Shown here: in pieces, positions 29,100 through 38,603 of the stretch | Numbering within the stretch: the stretch's first letter is position 1 | Layout of the letters: the number at the start of each line of letters is the position of its first letter | The notes under the pieces: generated by a model | Databases searched by the model: none | Told to the model about the DNA's origin: nothing | Seen by the model: only the letters and a program-made list of their open reading frames with translations | Position numbers and translations under genes: made by a program | Origin: an uncultured Nitrospiraceae bacterium | Lineage (GTDB): Bacteria > Nitrospirota > Thermodesulfovibrionia > Thermodesulfovibrionales > UBA6898 | Length of the DNA stretch: 64,000 bases | Direction: 5' to 3' | Assembly (NCBI GenBank): GCA_963811165.1 | Contig: CAWEQH010000004.1 | Coordinates: 384,001-448,000 of the forward strand

Positions 29100-29921
29100 A
29101 TGAAAAAGAACGTTGCCCTTGTATTTATCGCCATTTCACTCGTGGGTGCAGGCCTGTATGTGTATTCACTGAAGGTTGTATTTCCCAAACCGGAAAACTG
29201 CTCTATCTGTCATTTCATGGCCCCATATTATGCGAAATGGAAGACGTCGACTCATAACAAAGTCGCCTGTCTTAAATGCCATGACTATGGCATGATCACT
29301 GCCCTTGCCGCACAGCTCAAGTTCCTCACGGGGGGGGCGAGCAGCCGTCCCTTTTCGAAAGTCCCGGACAAAAACTGTCTTCAGGCCGGATGCCATGATA
29401 GACGCCTTTTAGAATCCAAGGTGACTACGTCTAAAATGAACATCAGTTTTGACCACTTTGGGCACGGATCGCACTTCACGCAAATGGAGCTGGGCATTCA
29501 GCTGCACTGTAGGAGCTGCCATTCTGACATTCTCCAGGGTGAGCACATGAAGGTTTCCATGAAGGTCTGTTATCTTTGTCATTTTAAAGACGTTCCCCAT
29601 GATCAGTCTTTTACGGGTTGTCCGTCCTGCCATACAGCTCCGGACAAACCGGTAACCGTCGCGGGAAAGAGCTTTTCTCACGATGACGTTCTCAAGGCCG
29701 GGCTTAAATGCCAGGAGTGCCATCTCGCCATCACAAGGGGGGAAGGGACCACCCCCAAGGGGAAATGCTTTTTCTGCCATGTCGACAGGTCCGAGCAGTA
29801 CAGCAATGTCCGGCTTATCCATGCAAAACATGTGACCGATAAACAGATCGATTGCCTGTGGTGCCATGAAGTTATCGAACACGGCAAAATACGCATGGCG
29901 GAGAAGATACCGAATTTATAA
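29100..29921 (+). CDS. Membrane-anchored multiheme cytochrome c
   Basis: Eight CxxCH motifs plus one CxxxxCH (CLQAGCH), an N-terminal TM helix and a NapC/NirT-like start. Confidence 0.9.
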   Translation: MKKNVALVFIAISLVGAGLYVYSLKVVFPKPENCSICHFMAPYYAKWKTSTHNKVACLKCHDYGMITALAAQLKFLTGGASSRPFSKVPDKNCLQAGCHDRRLLESKVTTSKMNISFDHFGHGSHFTQMELGIQLHCRSCHSDILQGEHMKVSMKVCYLCHFKDVPHDQSFTGCPSCHTAPDKPVTVAGKSFSHDDVLKAGLKCQECHLAITRGEGTTPKGKCFFCHVDRSEQYSNVRLIHAKHVTDKQIDCLWCHEVIEHGKIRMAEKIPNL

Positions 29922-30019
29922 GAGGGACTTATTCGTGTATCGGGAGAGGTTGCCGGGAAAAATCCTGCCGTTAAGCAATGGGGAAAAATCGCACAGATGA
30001 CTTATACTGAGAGAGGAGC

Positions 30020-31255
30020 ATGAAAAGGTATGTATCAGAAAGAGCAATTTTCATCATTCCCGCACTCCTCTGGTGCATCCTGATAACGGAAGGCGCGATG
30101 TCTGCGCCTGGTCCCATCGTCGGCGGCTGCCCTGTCTTTCTGGCAGATAATATTTGGAATACCCAGATAGATACACTTGCCATTGATGCAAATTCTTCAA
30201 ACTATATCTCCGCGATCGGCGCAGGCATTGGTCTTCATCCTGATTTTGGTTCGGGCATGTGGGACGGAGGCCCTATCGGCATCCCGTATACCATTGTGAG
30301 CGGAACACAGCAAAAAGTGAACATTACCTTTGAGTATGCAGATGAAAGTGACCAAGGTCCTTATCCGATACCACCCGATGCCCTCATTGAGGGAGGAAAT
30401 CAGGCTACAGGAGACCGTCATGTCATTGTACTGGACAAGGATGCCTGTATTCTCTATGAGACATGGTCGACATATCCTCAGTCCGATGGAACTTGGCATG
30501 CGGGTTCCGGAGCTGTCTTCGACCTCGGGTCGGATGCCTTGCGTCCCAGCGGATGGACATCAGCCGACGCGGCGGGGCTCCCCATTCTGCCCGGGCTTGT
30601 ACGTTACGATGAGGTGGTATCCGGAGAAATCCATCATGCAATTCGCTTTACCGCGCCGCAGATAAGAAGAGCCTTTGTGTGGCCTGCCCGTCATTATGCG
30701 GGAAGCATTACCGCAGCGAACGATCCTCCGATGGGACAGCGTTTTCGTCTCAAGGCAAGTTTTGACATCTCGGCTTACTCCTCAGATGTGCAGGTTATCC
30801 TCAGTGCCATGAAAAAATATGGAATAATCCTTGCCGACATTGGTTCAGCGTGGTATATTTCGGGAGTTCCCGATCCCGGATGGAATGATGATATCCTGGT
30901 AAATGAATTCAGCCGGGTTCACGGATCTGATTTCGAAGCTGTTGATGAGTCTTCCCTGACAGTAAATCCCGATACCGGGCAGGCGTGTGGTCAGCATCCC
31001 GCTTTTATTGACTCGACTGCGTACAATTCTGTTGCCGAAGCATATTCGGCGGCAGGGTCGTATAGCTCGCCGGTAACGATTAAACTGCTTGGCGCGAACC
31101 TGTCAGAAACGCTTGATTTCAACCAGGGGCATAACGTGATTCTGCAGGGCGGGTATAACTGCGGTTTTGCAAATCAGTTGCTCTATAGTGTTTTACACGG
31201 GTCCCTAATACTCACCAGCGGTATGACGGAGTTGGACAGCATAGAGATAGAGTAG
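30020..31255 (+). CDS. Secreted hypothetical protein
   Basis: GAGGAG RBS, signal peptide, 411 aa. The C-terminal domain resembles that of 22794..25706. Confidence 0.85.
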   Translation: MKRYVSERAIFIIPALLWCILITEGAMSAPGPIVGGCPVFLADNIWNTQIDTLAIDANSSNYISAIGAGIGLHPDFGSGMWDGGPIGIPYTIVSGTQQKVNITFEYADESDQGPYPIPPDALIEGGNQATGDRHVIVLDKDACILYETWSTYPQSDGTWHAGSGAVFDLGSDALRPSGWTSADAAGLPILPGLVRYDEVVSGEIHHAIRFTAPQIRRAFVWPARHYAGSITAANDPPMGQRFRLKASFDISAYSSDVQVILSAMKKYGIILADIGSAWYISGVPDPGWNDDILVNEFSRVHGSDFEAVDESSLTVNPDTGQACGQHPAFIDSTAYNSVAEAYSAAGSYSSPVTIKLLGANLSETLDFNQGHNVILQGGYNCGFANQLLYSVLHGSLILTSGMTELDSIEIE

Positions 31256-31359
31256 CCTAAGCCTCTCCCTTATTGCCGCTCTTATATTGGGGTATGCATT
31301 CTCTTAAAGCCGTCCGGCTACGCCGGAAGGGCCTTATACACGGTCGGTCGGGAAACTTC

Positions 31360-31693
31360 TATTAATTGTGGGCCTTCAGTTCCTCGGTCTCTTTGACCTT
31401 GCCAAGGCTGCCGATCACATCAACTAACCGGCATGGCTGTCCCAAATACCGAACCCAGCACTATGCTGCACTGCGCTCGCAGAATATACCCAGGGCAATC
31501 CCAACCACGGTCAGCATCCTTACTATCGTCGTTGGCCCCACAGGCCCCCCTGCCAGATGACTTATCAGTATCAATGTCCCGTAACTGCCGAAATAAAATC
31601 CCGGCACTATCCCAAATACCAGAAACACTATCCACCCAATGCCGCTCCGATCTTCGTCCCTACCTTCATCGTCTTTTTTCTTTCCTCTTTCAT
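31360..31693 (-). pseudogene. Frameshifted small Gly-rich membrane protein
   Basis: GTKIGAALGG / IVFLVFGIVPGFYFGSYGTL... / IVLGSVFGT is split across frames. Paralog-like to 31728..32043. Confidence 0.6.
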
Positions 31694-31727
31694 GACACTT
31701 CCTCCTTTTTTATTTGTTATTAATTAA

Positions 31728-32043
31728 TTATTTATGTCCTATTGTTGCCATTTCTTTTTTCCCTGTTGCTATAGTGTCCATCACTGTGCCAGGCCAGCCC
31801 CCAATCGTACAGGCCATAGTGAACATCGTCCCTGAAACCATAACTCCAAGCACCATCGAAATTGCTACGATCATCCTGGGAAGTAAACCTGCTCCTAAAG
31901 GTATGCCAAACAGTATGCTCGCTATATTTAATCCCATCACTCCGCCAAGGAATGACCCGGGAAGCAATCCAAATACTGCAAAGAGCACCACTCCGCAGCC
32001 TGCACCCATGTATGCCAGTTTCTTTGTATAGTTTGTCTTTCAT
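31728..32043 (-). CDS. Small Gly-rich membrane protein (5' frameshift, or start at 32009)
   Basis: GAGCGVVLFAVFGLLPGSFLGG. The ATG with the AGGAGG RBS (32043) is one base out of frame with the body. Confidence 0.65.
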
Positions 32044-32082
32044 CTTCTTGTCCTCCTTCTTATGTTCTTGCAAATATATAGT

Positions 32083-32097
32083 GCATTCCCCATGCCA
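32083..32097 (-). promoter_or_regulatory. sigma54 promoter, with upstream palindrome TTTTGCA-N4-TGCAAAA (32159-32176)
   Basis: TGGCATGGGGAATGC has correct GG/GC spacing and lies just upstream of the RBS. Confidence 0.65.
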
Positions 32098-32352
32098 ATA
32101 CTAACTCGCCGATTCTAAATGATTCCTCACTCCAATCCCAATGCATTCCCGCAAATCCTTTTGCATCTGTGCAAAAATAAGCGATCGGAGAAACTGTCAA
32201 GAGTAACCATTTGTTTACGGTTGAACATAGAGTTTTCTCAGTTCTTCCGCCGGCAATAATACTATTCGCTTTCTATATGTGATAGCCTATAACTAGTTAA
32301 TCAGCATCTTGTGATCTGAGCGTCCCTGACGTCGGAAAGACAGGTAACTCCT

Positions 32353-33000
32353 ATGAAGGAAAAGAGAGCATATCCGAGATTCTCCGTCGAAGAACTGGAT
32401 CTCCGGACCTCAACTGTGGTTTCAACAGAGGTCGACATTCATGATATCAGCCCTACCGGGGTCGCCGTCAGCGGACCAAAGAGGCTCAACATCGGCCGGG
32501 AATACACCCTTAACCTTGGAGGTCAAGACGATATGCTCCCTGTCGTGGGTATTGTTAAGTGGGAGGTATTGGCGGGAAACAGAATGGCGTCGCAGGAAGA
32601 AGTTGTCCCCATCTATTTGGCTGGGATTGAATTTAAAGATGTCTTGACGGAAAAGGCGGCGCACCTCATAGATTTCATAAAGAAAATCGTCGACGTAAAG
32701 GATGAGAGGCTCAACGGCATCAGGGTTAAAATCCGCACACATGAAAAGGCGGTCCTCCGTTGCATGGAGACATACTCAGTCAAGTTGATAAGCCTCGGCG
32801 GCATGCTAATAAAGACAAAGCACGGACTGCCCGTGGAAGACGTATTCCCGATGGAACTCACCTTCCCTGACGACGACATCCCAATACATTTCAGGGGAAA
32901 GATCGCCTGCTGTCAGGAGATACAGACAGAGGGTGTCAGGCATTACAAAACAGGGATCGAGTTCATCGATATGGAGATGGGGGACAGGTCGAAGGATTGA
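32353..33000 (+). CDS. Tandem PilZ-domain protein
   Basis: EKRAYPR, DISPTG, ISLGG and TGIEF. Paralog of the N-terminal part of 26318..27568. Confidence 0.85.
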   Translation: MKEKRAYPRFSVEELDLRTSTVVSTEVDIHDISPTGVAVSGPKRLNIGREYTLNLGGQDDMLPVVGIVKWEVLAGNRMASQEEVVPIYLAGIEFKDVLTEKAAHLIDFIKKIVDVKDERLNGIRVKIRTHEKAVLRCMETYSVKLISLGGMLIKTKHGLPVEDVFPMELTFPDDDIPIHFRGKIACCQEIQTEGVRHYKTGIEFIDMEMGDRSKD

Positions 33001-33210
33001 GGCCTTTGTAGATCTTCTTTAGGGGATTTTCCTTGTGCTGCGCGGCAAGGACAATATCTAGATTCGTCTCGCAAGGCCCCTGATGAATAAGGGCCATGTT
33101 CCTGAAGGGAAAGGGCAGGATCTATGCAATCCCCGAGCTTGAGGGAAAGCTTCCCAATGTCAAGATGTCACACGAGGCCGCTGTTGGAAAGATTGAGATT
33201 GTTTTTATTA

Positions 33211-33415
33211 GAACCTATCTCAAAATCGAAATAATATCATTAGCCGGTAGTTTGTCATTCCGGCTTGTCCGATAACCCCTCCCTGCCTCCCCTTATCAGG
33301 GGAGGATCCGCCCCTTCCCCCTTGATAAGGGGGGTAGAGGGGGGTTGGATTCCCGACGCGCTTCGCTTGCGGGAATGACAGATTTAAAAACGAGACCCTA
33401 TTTTGAGATAGGTCC
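33211..33415. mobile_element. MITE-like element containing nested palindromic repeats
   Basis: TIRs GAACCTATCTCAAAAT / ATTTTGAGATAGGTCC flanked by TA. Inner TGTCATTCC...GGAATGACA and an innermost CCCCTT..AGGGG palindrome. Confidence 0.75.
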
Positions 33416-33546
33416 TAATAAGTTATAGGGTATTATGTTTACGCCATCATACATTGAAGCCCATCGGACCGGAAGGCTCGTCGACAGCATAAAAGAGTCT
33501 TACAAGATTCTTGAAAATTGCTGCCTTTGCCCCCGCAGGTGTGAAG

Positions 33547-34968
33547 GAAGTTGTCCCGTCCTTTTGTTGAAGTAGAAAGGACCCCGGTTCATTATCCTAA
33601 GCTGCGGCCTCCTTTCTGTCAATGGATTTTTGCTGCAAGGCAGCAATGAGTTTTGGGATTTCCTTATAGCCCTTCACACGCTTAAATTTCTTTTCGGCCC
33701 TTAAGAGGGAAGCTACCGCCCACCTCTGGACCATATCATCGCCCCTCCATCGTTTAACCCTGCCGGTGATCGTCCTTGTCACCGAGAAACAGGACTCTAT
33801 GGGATTGGTCGTCTGGAGAGTCTTCCTCAAGAAGCCCCGTAACTCCAAGCTTGTGTACGGTCAGCGTCTCCTCAAGTCCCTCTTTCAGCGAGGCTGCAGC
33901 GCTCGGGTTCAGCTTCTCAAGATACTTCACCGTCAATTCCAGTGACTTCTTGGCATCGTCATAATCCGCCATCTTGTATGCTGCGCTGATGCGGGCATCT
34001 ATGGCGTGCTGGTGCTCCTTGGGAAGATGATCAAGCACGTTTCTCCGCTTATGCTGCTGGCATCTCTGTACTGCCACATTTGTGCCGAACATCTTGGAAA
34101 CAGCCGATCTCAGGGCCTTCGAACCATCAAGGACAAACAGATAATCCTTCCCGGTGTTCAGCCCTCGCCTGGCTATGTCCTCAAGGAGACTCGTGCATAC
34201 AGTGGCGTTCTCCGTGGCCCCCTGCCAGAGCCCCAGGACATGCTTTCTGCCGCCCTTGTCCAGGCCCAAAGCCACGACAAGCAGATGCCCCTTGAATGCT
34301 ATGCCGTCGATAAATATCGCAACAAGGTCAAGCCCGGCAGAGGTCCCTCTCCAGAAACTCCCTCATCTGTTCCGCCGTAGCCTTCACAAAATGCCTGCTT
34401 ACACTGGATTTCTTTATGCCATAGCCTTTGACGAAGCCCTCAACCGCCTCCTCATAATTGCGGCTCGATATGCCAAGGACCATATTCTTCATTACCGAGT
34501 TCCTCATGCCCCTGGGATCCCGGAAAGCCTGAAACGTTGCAAGCGGAATCTCCTTGTTGTCCTTGCCTCTTAGACGAGGACGGTCTATCAGCACCTTCTG
34601 CTTGTCGTAATATACCGGGCTGAGATCGCTGCCCCACCAATTGGCTGCCCTTAAAGGATTCTTTGAGTCCTTAGCGCCCAGCTATCATCTCGCACTCAGA
34701 ATCCATCGCCGCCGACATGAGCAACAGCCCCGCCTCCTGCGCCAACTCCCTGATTACCTCAGGCAGGCTCTCGATAACCCCAGCCACCGGCAAGGGAAGT
34801 TCCAACAATACACTCCCATCGCCGATCTCCCTTACTTTTCCGTTTGCCTTTTTCTGCATATTCCGATATCTTTTCTTCATAGAAAGCGATCTCCTTTTAG
34901 TTTTTGATCTGGTAATCAATTCTAATCGGGGGTCGCTTCCTACTTCAACAACTTACAGGGGCATCTTC
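33547..34968 (-). mobile_element. IS256-family insertion sequence
   Basis: Imperfect IRs GAAGTTGTCCC..TTGTTGAAGTAG / GAAGATGCCCC..TTGTTGAAGTAG and a 9-bp TSD GGTGTGAAG (33538-33546, 34969-34977). Confidence 0.93.
33597..34880 (-). pseudogene. IS256 (Mutator-type) transposase split by several frameshifts
   Basis: Fragments with GISSRNY, DGSKAL, QRCQQHKRRN and TTNPIES lie in different frames. Confidence 0.9.
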
Positions 34969-36115
34969 GGTGTGAAGTCAACAGGCTGGTGGGTGAGAAA
35001 GGTATTTGTGGTACCGGACGGGCAGCCATGGTGTCGAGCTTCACTCCTCATTTTGGAGAGGAAGACCCTCTGGTGGGGACCGACGGCTCCGGGACCATCT
35101 TTATGACCAATTGCAATCTCCTCTGTGTGTTCTGTCAAAACTGGGAGATCAGCCATCTCGGCGAAGGAAGCGAAGTGGACTCTAAAACCCTCGCCGGCAT
35201 GATGCTGCAACTCCAAAGGCTGGGATGCCATAACATCAATTTCGTTACCCCAACGCACGTAGTCCCTCAGATACTCGATGCCCTGGCTTATGCCGTAGAC
35301 AGCGGTCTCAATGTACCTCTTGTCTACAATACCGGAGGCTATGATTCGGTTGGAACCCTGAAACTTCTGGAAGGGGTTTTTGATATTTATATGCCTGACT
35401 TTAAATTCTGGGACCCTGAGATGGCCCGCAGGTATTTGAAGGCCCCGGATTATCCGGATAGGGCCAAAGATGCTATAAGGGAAATGCATCGGCAGGTGGG
35501 TGATCTCGCCTTGAATGACAAAGGCATCGCGCAAAAGGGGGTCCTCCTGCGCCACCTCGTCATGCCGGAAGGTGTAGCAGGGACGAGAGAGATCATGCGT
35601 TTTATCGCCAGAGAAATCTCACCTGACACGTATGTAAATATAATGGATCAATATCATCCGTGCGGCAAAGCAAGCAAATATCCACCGCTCGACCGCTGTA
35701 TTACCCATGATGAATATGAGGAGGCTCTGAGAGCGGCCCGTGAAGAAGGCATAAGAAGATTTGATAGACGAGAAAGACGGATGAGAATTATTCCCCGGAC
35801 ATGGTGAACCATCCTAAGGTCTGTGGTTGTAGTTGCCACCACGTGACCTGACGGACAATGTCTGAAAAGATCGGCATAAGTGCACTCCTACAAAAAAACA
35901 GAATTGAAAAACTATGTTTATCGGTTGGTTCTCACAGTAACTAACACTCTCGATCACCCCGATTAGACTGAAGAGTACAAGTTGGATTGCTCAGCCAAAT
36001 ACCAAAATGCCAAGCCTGATAATCATATAAAAGGCACCTCCTGAGCATACTGGGTAGTAATTCTGACCTGATATGCTTAGGAAAAGAGACCAATCTCAAC
36101 CTATGGAGGTGCCTT

Positions 36116-37135
36116 ATGAAATTGTACGCGGGAATCGATCTTCATTCAAGCAGCAGTTATCTGGCAATTATTGACGACAAGGGAGTACGGAAGTATAGAA
36201 AAAAACTCCCCAACAACCTTGAAGGAATTCTTCACGAGATGAAGCTGTACAAGAAAGGGATGGCGGGAGTTGTGGTGGAATCGACATACAACTGGTACTG
36301 GCTAGTAGACGGATTGGAGGCAGCGGGGTATGCCGTGCATCTTGCGAATCCCTCGGCGATACAGAAATATAGCGGTCTGAAACATGCCGATGACAAACAC
36401 GATGCCTTCTGGCTTGCTGAGATGCTGAGACTGGGGATCTTGCCCGAGGGCTATATTTATCCGAAGGAGGAGCGTCCATTGCGAGACCTATTGAGGAAAC
36501 GAGGCCACCTGGTAAGACTGAGGACTTCCCTCATTATCAGTCTTCAGAACATCATCAGCAGAAACTGTGGAATCAGGCTCAACGTCAACGATGCCAAACG
36601 GCTCAAAGAGAATCGCGTGACGCCTCATCTTGAGAAAAATGAAGATCTTCGTTTGGCAGGCGCTGTCAGCAAAGAGTCAATCGATTTTCTCACTCGGCAG
36701 ATCAAGAGTATAGAGAAGGTCATCGAGCCAAAGATCGAACTCAAAGATCAGTATAGACAACTCCTCTCTATGCCGGGGATCGGGAAGGTCCTTGCCTTGA
36801 CCATTATGCTTGAGACCGGCCCGATATGCCGGTTCAAAAAAGTTGGTAACTATGTATCATACTGCAGGAAGGTGGGCTCCCAGTGGACCAGTAATGGCAA
36901 GACTAAGGGAAAAGGGAATAAGAAAAACGGCAATAAATATCTGGCATGGGCGTTTTCCGAGGCAGCGGAACTTGCTCGACGGTATGATGCTCAAGTAAGA
37001 GCTTACTATAACCGGAAACTGCAAAAGAGCAATCTCATGGTGGCCCATAGTGCCCTTGCGCACAAGCTTGCACGGGCAGCGTATTACATTATGAGAGATG
37101 AGGTGCCTTTTATGACGGAAAAGTTGTTTTCATAA
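36116..37135 (+). CDS. IS110 DEDD recombinase/transposase
   Basis: GIDLH, VESTY, DKHDA and PGIG motifs, WTSNGK catalytic-Ser region, GNKYL. Intact 339 aa. Confidence 0.95.
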   Translation: MKLYAGIDLHSSSSYLAIIDDKGVRKYRKKLPNNLEGILHEMKLYKKGMAGVVVESTYNWYWLVDGLEAAGYAVHLANPSAIQKYSGLKHADDKHDAFWLAEMLRLGILPEGYIYPKEERPLRDLLRKRGHLVRLRTSLIISLQNIISRNCGIRLNVNDAKRLKENRVTPHLEKNEDLRLAGAVSKESIDFLTRQIKSIEKVIEPKIELKDQYRQLLSMPGIGKVLALTIMLETGPICRFKKVGNYVSYCRKVGSQWTSNGKTKGKGNKKNGNKYLAWAFSEAAELARRYDAQVRAYYNRKLQKSNLMVAHSALAHKLARAAYYIMRDEVPFMTEKLFS

Positions 37136-37420
37136 TAGGATGGCTGGAACGGTGAACCTGTGCAGCGGGGTTGGAAAAACCACTAAGCCTGATTGGAAGC
37201 CGTTCCACCCGGATTGCAGCATCGTTACTGCCCATGTCGCGAGCCTAAACGGGGCTGGTTAATAACCACGAGACCTGTAATCATACACTTGGACGCGATA
37301 TGGAACCGAAGATTTTCTGGGTCGCTGATAGGCGGCAAGGGAGCTGGATATGAAGCTCATCCGGTGTCCTTAATCCTGATGGGTGACTGGTGCAGTATAC
37401 GCTGACACCAAAATGATTGA
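37136..37420 (+). ncRNA. Putative bridge/seek RNA of the IS110 element
   Basis: Stem GGAACGG/CCGTTCC encloses segments that match the flanking target; a later segment matches the element's right end. Boundaries approximate. Confidence 0.7.
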
Positions 37421-37551
37421 AAACATCGGCAAGGGTAATGGTTCGGCAACCGGCGTATGCAGTGCAAGAAAAAATCCTTGTTAAAAAGGATATGGTGAAT
37501 ATTTTGTTCTTGACACGGTGCCTTTTAATGGGTGACCCCGCCATACCTCTT

Positions 37552-38238
37552 TCATCCATATATCACTATTGAATTGGTTTCGGGATCTAGGGCAACCCTA
37601 TCCCCTCTTCTTTTTTCTCCAGAGTACAAATGATCATCCAGAGAATATGCCACTAGAGGCCTAAGACTTCTGCCCGCATATTCAAGTGTCTTGAACAGAT
37701 AACCGATAAATGAGCCCGAATAACGGTAGCGGCGGATACAGCCCTCGATACGCACCTGAATCATATCGTCAAGCCCTTCCCAGCACGATATCTTTGGGTA
37801 CTGCTCGATCCACTCATCGATAGTGAGCCTGACCAATTTAATAATTTCTCGTTTAGCAGCTACGTTTCCTTGTTGAGCGATTCTTACCAGCGCAATGCTG
37901 ATGATATCCCGTATCTGCCTATCGTGGGCATCTGCCGGAGATAGAAACGTATAAAGTTTGTCGTGGTATTTTCTCAGAATAATCTCAACCACCCTTTTGC
38001 CTCTGATGCCTGCTGGAAGTCTGCCCCTGCGTGACGTCTGCCATCTTCGCTGTAATTTGCGGTCCAAAGCACGCGTGAATTTATCCCAATCTATGCCGCC
38101 GCTTTCAGCTCTAATGTTTTTCTGAATGAAACGATAAACATCTGGAGCATGTTGTCGTATCCAGGAACTGCAAAATGTATTGGGCTTTATCGCCCTGAGA
38201 AGCCTGTTTATTGCTCTAACTGAAGAGGCAAAATCCAT
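37552..38238 (-). CDS. Hypothetical protein with a sigma-factor region-1.2/2-like segment
   Basis: ALVRIAQQGNVAAKREII...IRRY...GSFIGYL. Confidence 0.6.
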   Translation of the reverse strand: MDFASSVRAINRLLRAIKPNTFCSSWIRQHAPDVYRFIQKNIRAESGGIDWDKFTRALDRKLQRRWQTSRRGRLPAGIRGKRVVEIILRKYHDKLYTFLSPADAHDRQIRDIISIALVRIAQQGNVAAKREIIKLVRLTIDEWIEQYPKISCWEGLDDMIQVRIEGCIRRYRYSGSFIGYLFKTLEYAGRSLRPLVAYSLDDHLYSGEKRRGDRVALDPETNSIVIYG

Positions 38239-38258
38239 GAAATTAGCTGTCCGACAAT

Positions 38259-38603
38259 TTACTTCTTTCTGTGGACCTCATCATGACAAATAGTGCAAAG
38301 CGTAATTAAATTCTCTGCCGTGTTTTGCCCGGCTTTGGCGTGCTGTTGGATATGATGAAGCTCCAAATGACGCGGATCGGACGGATTCCATTCTGCATGA
38401 CTCCACCGGCATTTTGTACATCTATATTCATCTCGCCTCATTACGGCAGACCTGACAGGGTCAGGAATTCTTCTATCGTGCTCAGGGCTTTGTCTGAGGG
38501 ATTCAAGGACATACGCCCCGACTGCCAAATCTGGCCTACCGGTATTTTTTGTAATAATTGGCCAGCCGAATTCCGTTCTTAACTCACGTACGCGGCGCCC
38601 GAC
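38259..38603 (-). pseudogene. 5'-truncated HNH endonuclease
   Basis: Frame open from 38603 with no start codon: RRVRELRTEFGW...CTKC...LELHH...G.N...NLITLC..CH. Confidence 0.75.

Larger units (their letters stand above)
33435..35807 (+). pseudogene. PflX-like radical SAM protein interrupted by IS256 (parts 33435-33546 and 34978-35807)
   Basis: Removing the IS restores ..ENCCLCPRRCE-VNRLVGEKGIC... Also CNLLCVFCQN, GCHNINFVTP and LLRHLVMP. Confidence 0.92.
36017..37535 (+). mobile_element. IS110-family element (IS1111-type organisation)
   Basis: Sub-terminal IR TAAAAGGCACC (36028-36038)/GGTGCCTTTTA (37517-37527), shared TGA core at both ends, a long 3' non-coding region and TTGACA at 37510. 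Confidence 0.85.
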
